Source: a virus. Taken from it: 64,000 nt of DNA. The notes below the pieces were generated by a model, which saw only the letters and a program-made list of their open reading frames with translations, had not been told where the DNA came from and searched no databases. Position numbers and translations under genes: made by a program. Position 1 is the stretch's first letter. Every line of letters begins with the position of its first letter. Below are positions 38,590 to 47,528 of the stretch, piece after piece. Location: IMG/VR virus record IMGVR_UViG_3300035670_000034, positions 32,001 to 96,000 of that record; one strand, written 5' to 3'.

Positions 38590-39204
38590 TTGAATACGTT
38601 TATGGGTTGGGGTTTATCTTTTACCCTATTTTTCCTAGGTATAAACATTCCCGCAAGAGCCGACGCCCCCATGTCGGCCGTTGAGGCCCCAGCAACCCCA
38701 TCGGTACCCGAAGGGCTCGAACACCAATGGTCCCCATGGCCAAGTGAAAAACTTGAGACGTCTAGGGCCGAGGCAAATAAGCCACCAGAGACGGTTTTTA
38801 AATGGGGCGACATTTCCTGGTTGCCGAAACTGGCAACCGAGGCTGGCTGGCCGCCCGAAACCCACAAAAAACTTGGCCAAATCATTCTGAGAGAATCCGG
38901 GGGGTGTCCAAATAGGCGTGGCGGTGATGCCGTTGACCCAAATTGCAATATCACCCACGTAACCACGTGGACTCATCGTTCTGATACTGGATTGTTGCAA
39001 ATCAATGGCGTAAATTACAACACCAAACGCAATAAGTGGGCGCGTGTCTGCCTTGACATGGGCATCTGTTCGCAAGAACCGCTTCTAGACCCCCTCCTAA
39101 ACCTTAAGGCTGGCTATCTTCTCTACACCTACTCAGGCTGGGACCCATGGGACCCCTGTGCGTGGGGTGAAGCGTGGGCGCACCGTTGCAAAAAGAAACC
39201 GTAA
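38590..39204 (+). CDS. Secreted lytic-transglycosylase-like (SLT/lysozyme-fold) protein
   Basis: Signal peptide with AxA site; 'IILRESGG...DTGLLQIN...LLDPLLNLKAGYLLY...GWDPW'. SD AGGAG, TTG start. Confidence 0.75.
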   Translation: MNTFMGWGLSFTLFFLGINIPARADAPMSAVEAPATPSVPEGLEHQWSPWPSEKLETSRAEANKPPETVFKWGDISWLPKLATEAGWPPETHKKLGQIILRESGGCPNRRGGDAVDPNCNITHVTTWTHRSDTGLLQINGVNYNTKRNKWARVCLDMGICSQEPLLDPLLNLKAGYLLYTYSGWDPWDPCAWGEAWAHRCKKKP

Positions 39205-39231
39205 CGGGTTTCTGCGGCTAGTATTTGCCGC

Positions 39232-39540
39232 GTGACAAAGAAAAACATCAGGGGAGAAATCCTAAACGAAACAGAAGCCATCATTAATGGCAAACGCAAC
39301 AGAGACTATGGCGACCCAGTAGAGGACTTTACGACAACTGCCGCACTCTGGCAGACGTATCTTGCCAGAATTTATGCGCGTAGGGGAGAATTAACACTTC
39401 TGCCCCACGATATTGCAGCCATGATGATGCTCCTTAAGATGGCGCGACTTACTTGGACGCCGGAAGAAAAAGACCACTGGATGGACACAATCGGATATGG
39501 GGCACTTGGGTGGGAATGCGCGGTTAGAGAAGATGACTAG
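39232..39540 (+). CDS. DUF6378-like (dNTP pyrophosphohydrolase-like) protein
   Basis: RNRDYGDPVEDF...AALWQTYL...DIAAMMMLLKMAR...DHWMDTIGY. Confidence 0.7.
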   Translation: MTKKNIRGEILNETEAIINGKRNRDYGDPVEDFTTTAALWQTYLARIYARRGELTLLPHDIAAMMMLLKMARLTWTPEEKDHWMDTIGYGALGWECAVREDD

Positions 39541-39721
39541 CCGAGACACTCACGACATTATTGCCTACGAAACAGAATTGGGTACAAAAGAACCCACCTA
39601 TAGTCCCCCAAGGGAACTGTATGAAGCATATTTGAGGCATATCAATGCAGCAATTATCCATTCCTCCGAGCAGGTTAAGTACTTCGAGGAACTTTTCGAG
39701 GAAACTGACCAAAATGCCTGA
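39533..39721 (+). CDS. Small hypothetical protein
   Basis: ATG at 39533 overlaps the previous gene; coupled to the next. Confidence 0.55.
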   Translation: MTSRDTHDIIAYETELGTKEPTYSPPRELYEAYLRHINAAIIHSSEQVKYFEELFEETDQNA

Positions 39722-40139
39722 CGAAAAAGAAGAAGAACTTCTTACCCCTGACGAAATTAAGTCAGTTTTAGTCGAAATAATCGACAAAATTCAACCGCCG
39801 TGGGGCAAAACGATTGCATGCGATGATGGTTGGCATCAATTGGTCGCAAAATGCCACTTGGAACTCAAGGCCATGGACCCCAACTATGAGATTTTTCAAA
39901 TAAAAGAGAAGTTTGGGACACTTCGTTTCTATTTTTTGACTCGAAAAAACGATTATGTCGAATTGGAAATGTGGAAAATATCCCAAAAATATGAATTGGC
40001 TTCAGCCGAGATATGTGAAATAACTGGAAAACCTGGAAAATTGATGCATAAAAATGGCCGCTACAAAACTCTTGCAGAGGAATACGCCCAGGATGGTTGG
40101 ATGGTAGTCGAAACTGCAACTACCGACCAATTATCATAG
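39714..40139 (+). CDS. Conserved phage protein (GW...QIKEKFGTLRFY family)
   Basis: Characteristic 'QIKEKFGTLRFY...CEITGKPG' pattern. Confidence 0.65.
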   Translation: MPDEKEEELLTPDEIKSVLVEIIDKIQPPWGKTIACDDGWHQLVAKCHLELKAMDPNYEIFQIKEKFGTLRFYFLTRKNDYVELEMWKISQKYELASAEICEITGKPGKLMHKNGRYKTLAEEYAQDGWMVVETATTDQLS

Positions 40140-40143
40140 TGAA

Positions 40144-40542
40144 GTGACCACGGAACACAGAAAAGCACCGCGTAAAAAAGTTATCTCAATTCATAGAGTC
40201 GGAGCATGGGGCCACATACTCTACGAACATAGACTTGAGTGTGGTCACACAGAGAGGAGGCCCAGGGCGGCTTCTTCTGAAACCCTTGCTTGCGCTTGGT
40301 GCTTTCGCTCACAAGCAAAAGAAATAGAAATAAGAGCGCTTGGCACACCCGCAAAGTCGGTAGATTTTGACGCTGCAGACAATGAAATAGATATTGCACG
40401 AATAAAAGCACAACTTGCGCACGTCCTTAGCGTGGCGCTTGAGCAGGTCGAAATATCCGTGGTTGACAAACTTGGCGAGCAAAAAATATCTGGCGCCGTT
40501 GTGTTCCTGTCGGAGGGGAATGTACGTAAACTAATCGGCTAA
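40144..40542 (+). CDS. Hypothetical protein with H/C metal-binding cluster
   Basis: HRLECGH...CAWC. Confidence 0.6.
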   Translation: MTTEHRKAPRKKVISIHRVGAWGHILYEHRLECGHTERRPRAASSETLACAWCFRSQAKEIEIRALGTPAKSVDFDAADNEIDIARIKAQLAHVLSVALEQVEISVVDKLGEQKISGAVVFLSEGNVRKLIG

Positions 40543-40558
40543 TGGGAAAGGGGACAAA

Positions 40559-41167
40559 ATGAGCAAGCGCAAAGAGTTCACCGAAGAGCAAAAGCAGGAG
40601 ATAATCCGATATCGGAGGGAAGGAAAATCATGCGAACTTATCGCCTTCTTTTTGCATTGCGGAAAAGAACGGGTTCGTAGATTCTGCAAGGAAAACGACA
40701 TTCCAGTCGGCCAACCATCACGACAAAATAGTCATTATCCATCAAAATCCGTAGCAGAAGCGCAGATAATCTACACGCCATATCCGGATTTCTCGCTTGC
40801 CGCATGTCGAGGAGAAAGTATTCAAACGTTTTTTCCATCTGCGCGAATGGCAAATGGGAATAAATCGGAAAAATTAAATTACTCGAGAGTTGTTATTAGG
40901 GCAAAAAAATTTTGTTCAGATTGTCCAGTGCAAGAAAAATGTCTTGATTATGCACTGCTTGCAGAGCCACATGGGATATGGGGTGGGACAACCGAAGAGG
41001 AGCGCGAATACCTTCGTTTAAAACTAAACATTAAATGCGAACGTGATTCTGGCCTTTCTACACGAATGGTTCGTCGCCATCTGGGCACGCATACATTCAA
41101 AATGAACAATTTGACCAAGTATGACTTGAATCCGATTGTTTCTTCGAGGCTTTCAACACGTGTCTAG
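40559..41167 (+). CDS. whiB: WhiB-family transcription factor with N-terminal HTH
   Basis: AACRG...FFP...AKKFCSDCPVQEKCLDYAL...HGIWGGTTEEER (4 Cys plus GIWGG). Confidence 0.88.
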   Translation: MSKRKEFTEEQKQEIIRYRREGKSCELIAFFLHCGKERVRRFCKENDIPVGQPSRQNSHYPSKSVAEAQIIYTPYPDFSLAACRGESIQTFFPSARMANGNKSEKLNYSRVVIRAKKFCSDCPVQEKCLDYALLAEPHGIWGGTTEEEREYLRLKLNIKCERDSGLSTRMVRRHLGTHTFKMNNLTKYDLNPIVSSRLSTRV

Positions 41168-42878
41168 CATTTCGCCACAACTACAGAATGTTCTTGACCG
41201 CCTACAGGGCGTCGTGCGCATTTCTGGAGGGTTTCAGGCGAAGTGCCCATGTCGCAACGATGACGACAATCCATCGTTTTCAGTATCCGAAGGTGAGGGT
41301 GGTAAGGTCGTTGTTTACTGTCATGCAGGGCGATGCAACACCCAGCAGGCGTGCGAGGCGATGGGCATAAAAATGGCAGACCTTTATCCGCAGAAAGCAA
41401 AAAAAGAACTTGACTTTGTTGCCAAGTATCAATACCTTGACGCTGACGGAACTCTACTTTTTGAAAAGTTGCGCTACATAGATAGGTCGTCTGGGAAAAA
41501 GGAATTTCGTCAGCGCAAGCCAGATGGCAATGGTGGCTGGGAGTACAAACTTGGCGAAACTCCTCGGGTGCTTTACAACCTGCCAGCAGTTCTTAAAGCA
41601 AAACAGAATGGCGAACCAGTTTGGCTGGTCGAGGGGGAAAAAGATGCAGACACTCTCATCAAAATGGGTATATGTGCGACGACTATGCCCAATGGGGCTG
41701 GAACATGGTTGCCCATCCACACCGAAGCCCTCTCTGGTGCAGTTGTGGAAATTATCGCCGACAAAGACGAAGCAGGGCTCGAACACGCAAAGTCGGTTTA
41801 TCAGGAGTTAATAGATTCCGGTTGCGACGTTCAGGTGTGGACGTGCACACATGGCAAGGACATGACCGAGCATGTTGGTGCTGGGGGTCAGATTGACGAA
41901 TTGGAAACTGTAAATCTCGATGCGATTGTCATTCCTAAGCCAACCGAAAATAAGTTGCAATCGGACACGCACGAGGGTCGGGCGATGAATGAAATAACCG
42001 ACATGTTTTTGCGCGACGACATGTCGGAAAGTCAAAAATTACAGCGCGCACAACTTATTATTTCTCGCACGACTAGCACAAAAATAGTCGACACCGGAAG
42101 GCTTGTAACTTGGTCAGATTTCGTTGGTGAATCAGACGACGATTCATACGATTGGGTAATTCCTGGTTTATTGGAGCGCAACGAGAGGGTCATTATTGTT
42201 GCCGCAGAGGGTGTTGGCAAGACCATGCTTGCTCGCCAAGTGGCAATATGTGTTGGAATGGGAATACACCCATTTACATATCAACCAATAAAACCTCAAG
42301 TAACACTTTCTGTTGACCTTGAAAACCCGGAAAGAATCATTAGGCGCACATCACGCTCGATATATGGGGCAGCAAAATCAGTGTCTCGTAATCCAAGCCC
42401 GCAAGCACATTTGCTAATAAAGCCCCAGGGTCTTGACCTTTTGCGAGCAGAAGACAGGGCAGTGTTGGAAGAAATGCTGGAAAAGACCAGGCCATCAATT
42501 CTGGTGATGGGTCCCCTGTACAAGGCATTTATAGACCCAGGCGGGAGAACCAGTGAGGCTGTAGCAATTGAAGTTGCCAGATACCTTGACACCATTAGGG
42601 ATGTTTTCCAGTGCGCAATGTGGCTCGAACATCACGCACCGCTTGGAACATCGATGACAACCAGGGAACTTCGCCCATTTGGTTCTGCGGTTTGGTCTAG
42701 GTGGCCAGAATTTGGCGTATCACTTCAGCCCGACTCAACTGGAATGCCATTCCATTACGATGTGCGACACTTCAGGGGTGCTCGCGATGAGCGCCAATGG
42801 CCAACTAGAATTAAGAGAGGCAAACGTTTCCCATTTGAGGTGGTCGAATGGCCATCCTCCATTAAGGCACCAACATGA
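41160..42878 (+). CDS. Primase-helicase (Zn-binding, TOPRIM, AAA_25/RecA-like)
   Basis: CPCRNDD...CHAGRC; VWLVEGEKDADTL; IIADKD; AAEGVGKT Walker A. GTG start at 41160. Confidence 0.85.
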   Translation: MSSISPQLQNVLDRLQGVVRISGGFQAKCPCRNDDDNPSFSVSEGEGGKVVVYCHAGRCNTQQACEAMGIKMADLYPQKAKKELDFVAKYQYLDADGTLLFEKLRYIDRSSGKKEFRQRKPDGNGGWEYKLGETPRVLYNLPAVLKAKQNGEPVWLVEGEKDADTLIKMGICATTMPNGAGTWLPIHTEALSGAVVEIIADKDEAGLEHAKSVYQELIDSGCDVQVWTCTHGKDMTEHVGAGGQIDELETVNLDAIVIPKPTENKLQSDTHEGRAMNEITDMFLRDDMSESQKLQRAQLIISRTTSTKIVDTGRLVTWSDFVGESDDDSYDWVIPGLLERNERVIIVAAEGVGKTMLARQVAICVGMGIHPFTYQPIKPQVTLSVDLENPERIIRRTSRSIYGAAKSVSRNPSPQAHLLIKPQGLDLLRAEDRAVLEEMLEKTRPSILVMGPLYKAFIDPGGRTSEAVAIEVARYLDTIRDVFQCAMWLEHHAPLGTSMTTRELRPFGSAVWSRWPEFGVSLQPDSTGMPFHYDVRHFRGARDERQWPTRIKRGKRFPFEVVEWPSSIKAPT

Positions 42879-43546
42879 GCAATACCCCAATGACAAAAGA
42901 GTTTCTCGCAGAAAGAGACACAAGAATTTTCAAGATGAAACAGGCTGGTGTCTCAATTTCAGAGATAGCCAAGCGATTTAATGTCTCCACAAAAGTTGTT
43001 TCAATGGCCATTTCGCGCCAATTGGAAAAATTAAATAAAGAAAACGTCCTTGTTTACCCAGAAGTCCTTCGAATGGAACTGGAGAGGCTTGACGCAATGC
43101 AGGCAGCCCTATGGCCAATGACTCAGCACAGGAAGATAACACTGGATGACGGAACAGAAGTTGCCGTTGAGCCAGACATGAAAGCCGTAGACAAGGTTTT
43201 GGCGATAATAAACACAAGAACAAGGCTGCTGGGCATGGAGCAGACCAAGGTAAGCATTCATACGGACGCAGTCCCAGATGGTGGCGGCGCTCCAATTAGG
43301 GCCTCTCTTGCCGGTCAGTCTGGAAATATTGGGGAAATAGATTCCTTTGACCCGGAGTCTGAGGCCAAAAAATTGCTCGAACTTATGGCTATTTCCGGTG
43401 TTCTTCCAGAGGAAACTGTCACCAAAATGCTTGGACAAGCGCCTATTATCGATGCCGAGGTGATTGAAAATGACGAATCAGGAGCAGGACAATCAGGAAC
43501 AGGACAACTTGCAAGCGGCAGTGAGCAAGGTGGCGGAAACCCTTAA
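42875..43546 (+). CDS. HTH protein resembling actinophage terminase small subunits
   Basis: 'RDTRIFKMKQAGVSISEIAKRF...ELERLDAMQAALW...KAVDKVLAIINTRTRLLGM' follows the pattern I recall for actinophage HTH/TerS-like proteins. Confidence 0.55.
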   Translation: MSNTPMTKEFLAERDTRIFKMKQAGVSISEIAKRFNVSTKVVSMAISRQLEKLNKENVLVYPEVLRMELERLDAMQAALWPMTQHRKITLDDGTEVAVEPDMKAVDKVLAIINTRTRLLGMEQTKVSIHTDAVPDGGGAPIRASLAGQSGNIGEIDSFDPESEAKKLLELMAISGVLPEETVTKMLGQAPIIDAEVIENDESGAGQSGTGQLASGSEQGGGNP

Positions 43547-43802
43547 TCCAACGGTTTCAACAATCAGCAAAGACGACAGCGGCCCTGCGGATAAACAGGT
43601 TTTAATTCGAACAACCGAGTCAGAAAAAGAAAAGTGGAAGAACGCAGCGGCAAAAGAAGGGATTCCGCTTTCCCAATTTGTTAGAGACACGCTTAACCAA
43701 AGGGCAACCGAACTTCTTGATTGTTCTCACCCAATTGAGCATCGACGATGGTATCCATGGGCTGAGTTTTGTCTTAAATGCGACACTAGATTGAGGGGAT
43801 GA
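43470..43802 (+). CDS. Ribbon-helix-helix DNA-binding protein with C-terminal Cys cluster
   Basis: KQVLIRTTESEKEKWKNAAAKEGIPLSQFVRDTL; C..H...C..C. Confidence 0.6.
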   Translation: MTNQEQDNQEQDNLQAAVSKVAETLNPTVSTISKDDSGPADKQVLIRTTESEKEKWKNAAAKEGIPLSQFVRDTLNQRATELLDCSHPIEHRRWYPWAEFCLKCDTRLRG

Positions 43803-44296
43803 AAATAGTTGAACTTGAACCATTCGAATATGAATGGGCTTCGCATGTTGGTACGCGTCGATACATAGAAAACTGGCCCAAAAAGGATGCTCCGTACTAC
43901 AAAAAAGAACTTATGGAAGACGATAGAACGGCTCAAGTCGCGGCAGCCGTATGCGAGTTGGCTGTTGCAAAAATAACAAATCGCTATTGGTCTGGCCATG
44001 TATGGACTGCCAGTGAACACAACTACTACAAAAACAAGACTCAAGATGTTGGCAGAAATATAGAGGTTCGCCGTGTTCGCACCGGGGATTCTGCCGCTGT
44101 CAGAAAACGTGACATGGGCAAAGGGCTTGTTCTTTTTGTGGCGAAAGCAATAATGCCAGAATTACGACAAGTTGAGGTCTGGGGGTACATCGACTATGAC
44201 TACGCATGGGAAATTGGCGAGCCAGCGCCATATTCTCCGGAAGATACGAGACTCGTGCACCGCAGTCACCTCACTGTGCACTATGGTCATAACTGA
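43799..44296 (+). CDS. Hypothetical protein
   Basis: 165-aa coupled ORF. Confidence 0.65.
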   Translation: MKIVELEPFEYEWASHVGTRRYIENWPKKDAPYYKKELMEDDRTAQVAAAVCELAVAKITNRYWSGHVWTASEHNYYKNKTQDVGRNIEVRRVRTGDSAAVRKRDMGKGLVLFVAKAIMPELRQVEVWGYIDYDYAWEIGEPAPYSPEDTRLVHRSHLTVHYGHN

Positions 44297-44300
44297 TGTT

Positions 44301-44315
44301 GGATAAATCTAACCA
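44301..44315. promoter_or_regulatory. 15-bp element GGATAAATCTAACCA, copy 2
   Basis: Intergenic, 15 nt upstream of the ATG at 44331. Confidence 0.65.
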
Positions 44316-44330
44316 GAAAGAGAGAACTTT

Positions 44331-44576
44331 ATGAATTTTATAGATAGCCATGAAGTATCGCTTGACGTTCTTGGTGACGGTAAAGATATTTGGACTTGCA
44401 AGTGGTCCGGTAGTGATAAGGTTCAGGTCTTCAGAGGTGACTTCATCAATAATCGCATCCTGTTCAATCACATGCTTACGCTTGATTGCGCTGCGACGAT
44501 GACGGTGGCAGAGTTCTGCGAGTGGGCTGAACAGTTGCTTTTGGGTCTAGTCAAACAGGAGTACAAAGAGATATGA
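44331..44576 (+). CDS. Hypothetical protein
   Basis: 81-aa ORF. Confidence 0.6.
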   Translation: MNFIDSHEVSLDVLGDGKDIWTCKWSGSDKVQVFRGDFINNRILFNHMLTLDCAATMTVAEFCEWAEQLLLGLVKQEYKEI

Positions 44577-45016
44577 GATATGTCGAAAAAAGGGCGCCGC
44601 AGCACAATCATTTGCTAATCAATGCAAAAACTCCGTTTCCGCTTACGAACAAGCGGAGAATGAAAAAGTGGCTAAAAGGGCTCGTTCACGATATTGGGAT
44701 GTACAGAATCGCTGGACCCTTTGTTCACTACGTTGACAAGCCTGGCAATAAGGGTTTGACGGCTGTTGTAATGATTGAGACAAGCCACATCGCCCTGCAC
44801 ATCTGGGATGAGCCGGTACCAGCACATATACAATTCGATATATACACCTGCAGTGGGCTTGATGTTGAATTGACTCTTTTGAAAATTGTTAGTGATTTCC
44901 AAATCACACAAATTGACTGGGTCTTCTATGACCGGGAAAAAGGCTTTAAGGAAGTCTCCAAGGGAAATTCAGTTGGCGACATTATGAAGGGCCGCAACAA
45001 GCCTCCAGTAATTTAG
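44573..45016 (+). CDS. S-adenosylmethionine decarboxylase-like (pyruvoyl-dependent) protein
   Basis: GLTAVVMIETSHIALHIWDE...QFDIYTC. Confidence 0.75.
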   Translation: MRYVEKRAPQHNHLLINAKTPFPLTNKRRMKKWLKGLVHDIGMYRIAGPFVHYVDKPGNKGLTAVVMIETSHIALHIWDEPVPAHIQFDIYTCSGLDVELTLLKIVSDFQITQIDWVFYDREKGFKEVSKGNSVGDIMKGRNKPPVI

Positions 45017-46983
45017 TCGCTAACTTTATTCAAAAGCGACAAAACCAACTGCGTTCCAAGGTCAGATTCTTCGTCAAGAGAAGCGCCGTCAACTGCAGTG
45101 TTCACAACGCTTCGCTTGGAGGCAATGAGTGAGTAAATCTCCTCATCTATCGTTCCAGCACAAAGCGCATAGGTGGCGGTAACTGAACCCTTTTGGCCCA
45201 TTCGGTGAAGTCGCGAGTATGTTTGGTCAAGGTCGGCTGGTGTCCACGGCAATTCAACAAAGATGATGTCTTGGGCTGCCGTAAGGGTGTGTCCAGTCTT
45301 TGCAGCCTGAATTGAAATGGTTATCACTTGCGCTTTGGGGTCGCCCTGAAACTTTCGTTTGACGTCTTCGACTTCCTCAACACTCATTCCGCCTTGTATT
45401 TTCAAACCACCAAAACGATTAGCAAGTTCATCAACGATGTCTCTGTGATGAGCGGCAATAACGACTTTGGCGCCACCTTCAGTTCGTTGCTGAACCCACT
45501 CAATGACGCTCTCCATCTTTGCTTTGGCGGCCAAGCGCCGCAAAACCGACAGCCTGACCAAGTTCTGTGCGTGCTCTGCTTTTATCCTGGCTATTACTGC
45601 TGCAGACTTGGGATTTGTGCCTAGTTCTTTTGCTATTTCTTTTGCTCGCTCTACGAGATACAAAACAATGTCTTTTTCTGCCTTTGCATACTCCGCCATC
45701 GCTGCGGTTGTTCCAACCAGGGTCATTTCCTGATGAAACACTGGAGGCAATTCAGTCAAAACCTGGTCTTTTGTGCGGCGTATGTAGCAAACGGAACGAA
45801 GTTTGTCGTTTAATTCCTCCAAATTGGACGAACCCTCAAGATGCCACTGCCCCCATTTGTCTTGAAACGCAGCGCAATAACGGCGGTAAAAACCCCATAC
45901 CCCACCAAAATCCTTAATCTTGCCAAGTATGTCGAGTTGCGCCACATACTCTGCTGGTCGGTTGGTGACTGGTGTTCCAGTTAGGCAAAGAACAGGAGTT
46001 CCAGATGGAGAAGAGCCGACAATCTTTCTGGCTGACTTGGTGCGCTTGGCGGTCAAGGTCTTGCAGTAATGGCTCTCATCCAAAACATACGCATGATGTC
46101 CGATGAGGTGTGACTCCCAATATGAAATATTCGAATACCCAATCACCAAAACGTCGTAGTCGCCCTTTTGCGGAAATTCTTTTTGCCCTTTTCCGGCAAG
46201 CACCGTAGCCACTCGCCTAGCGGGTAGCCATTTGCCGTATTCGGCCTTCCAGTTAAGGACCAAGTTGGGTGGACACATTACTACCGCCGGGTAACAACCA
46301 GCACCATCTGCATACAACGCCTCTAACGTGGCTATTGCTTGTAGGGTTTTACCAAGACCCATCTCGTCTGCAATGAAACAGCGCTTGGCGCGCTTGGCGT
46401 ATGCAACTCCTGCCTTTTGGTACGGGAGCATGTTGTTTTCAAGGTTGGTATCGCCAATCTTTATTTCTGCTTCTGTGGCCCTGGATGCCTCATTGAGTTC
46501 CAGTAGTTGCGCATTGATTTGAGCAGCCATCATCGTGACATCGGCAGATACCGACTTGTTAAAGCGCTGCGCCCACTGGATGCTTTCGTTTATTGCGGTT
46601 AGCGGCGCACGCCACGCTCCGGTAGATTTATCCCAAGTGACAGAAGGTATCTGTTTAACCGACCTCACCATAACGGGGTCATACGGAAAGGATATGTAGA
46701 TGTCACCGTCTTTCTCATAGACCCCAACATCTTGGGCACTTCGCCTGGTCGGAAGTGTAAATACAAGCACCTCATTGTCTATGTCAAAGCCATGCTTGGT
46801 CGCAAATGAGCGCGCCTGGGACACCTGGGCAACTGGACAGCGCCACAAGCGAGCAACTTTGTCCCACTTGCAATCCGGTATCCGCTTTACCTCGGCTACC
46901 TGTTCTTGGTTGTATGGGAAATCCAAAGCAAGGGTGTCATTGTCCAAAAATAGCCGTGCCATCGGACTCAATTTTATCTCCAA
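45013..46983 (-). CDS. SNF2-family helicase with two N-terminal HARP-like repeats
   Basis: IADEMGLGKT, VLDESH, LTGTP, QTYSRLHRMGQ. Repeats 'FPYNQEQVAEVKRIP...WDK...W' and 'FPYDPVMVRSVKQIP...WDK...W'. Confidence 0.88.
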   Translation of the reverse strand: MEIKLSPMARLFLDNDTLALDFPYNQEQVAEVKRIPDCKWDKVARLWRCPVAQVSQARSFATKHGFDIDNEVLVFTLPTRRSAQDVGVYEKDGDIYISFPYDPVMVRSVKQIPSVTWDKSTGAWRAPLTAINESIQWAQRFNKSVSADVTMMAAQINAQLLELNEASRATEAEIKIGDTNLENNMLPYQKAGVAYAKRAKRCFIADEMGLGKTLQAIATLEALYADGAGCYPAVVMCPPNLVLNWKAEYGKWLPARRVATVLAGKGQKEFPQKGDYDVLVIGYSNISYWESHLIGHHAYVLDESHYCKTLTAKRTKSARKIVGSSPSGTPVLCLTGTPVTNRPAEYVAQLDILGKIKDFGGVWGFYRRYCAAFQDKWGQWHLEGSSNLEELNDKLRSVCYIRRTKDQVLTELPPVFHQEMTLVGTTAAMAEYAKAEKDIVLYLVERAKEIAKELGTNPKSAAVIARIKAEHAQNLVRLSVLRRLAAKAKMESVIEWVQQRTEGGAKVVIAAHHRDIVDELANRFGGLKIQGGMSVEEVEDVKRKFQGDPKAQVITISIQAAKTGHTLTAAQDIIFVELPWTPADLDQTYSRLHRMGQKGSVTATYALCAGTIDEEIYSLIASKRSVVNTAVDGASLDEESDLGTQLVLSLLNKVSD

Positions 46984-47001
46984 TCCATGTAGTGTGTCGG
47001 G

Positions 47002-47457
47002 GTGGGAAAAAACTCGGCGTACGACATTCCTTCTTTACGTTCTACTTTTCTCAAAGACCTGGAATACGGAGAGCAGGGAGAAGCACTCGTATCATCGTTC
47101 CTAGAATGCATTTCTGAAGGCGATTTTGAGGTAAAAAGCGACAGATACAGGAATGGGCGAATGGCAGTAGAAACTGACCAAAACCCGAGGGCAGCCCTAG
47201 ATGAACAAGGCAATCCTATCTGGGTAAAAAGCGGGATAAATCTAACCAAAGCGAAGTGGTGGGTATATATTTTTTCCCCTGATGGTGCTTTTATCGTCGT
47301 TTCAGTTGACAGGCTCAAAAAATACTTGCGAGCCAATAAACGCATATTCAATGAATCAACAAAAATCAATTTTGGTAAGCCAGACAATCCAGCAAAAGGA
47401 TTCCTTTTGTATCCACAGCATGTTCAGGACCTGATGACCAATCCTGCGTTTGGATAA
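47002..47457 (+). CDS. PD-(D/E)xK nuclease-like protein
   Basis: KDLEYGEQGE...DFEVKSD...GRMAVE. Contains copy 3 of the 15-bp element; copy 4 overlaps its stop. Confidence 0.55.
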   Translation: MGKNSAYDIPSLRSTFLKDLEYGEQGEALVSSFLECISEGDFEVKSDRYRNGRMAVETDQNPRAALDEQGNPIWVKSGINLTKAKWWVYIFSPDGAFIVVSVDRLKKYLRANKRIFNESTKINFGKPDNPAKGFLLYPQHVQDLMTNPAFG

Positions 47458-47466
47458 ATCTAACCA
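47452..47466. promoter_or_regulatory. 15-bp element GGATAAATCTAACCA, copy 4, at the left edge of the repeat array
   Basis: Exact match; the first GYCCCG follows at 47529. Confidence 0.6.
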
Positions 47467-47528
47467 GAGTTTGGGAGTTCACAAATTGTGGTGTAGGTGC
47501 CCCCGCGCACACCGAGAGCGTCGAAAAA

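Noticed and set aside
38490-38590. c-di-AMP (ydaO) riboswitch upstream of the SLT-like gene
   Set aside because: Expected by context in Actinomycetota, but the conserved ydaO motifs are not recognisable.
31480-42878. Introns or inteins in nrdJ or the primase-helicase
   Set aside because: Both ORFs are uninterrupted and of ordinary length, with no intein or homing-endonuclease motifs.
36191-43802. HicA-like gene and RHH gene as a toxin-antitoxin pair
   Set aside because: They are 7 kb apart in different transcription units, and the HicA call itself is weak.
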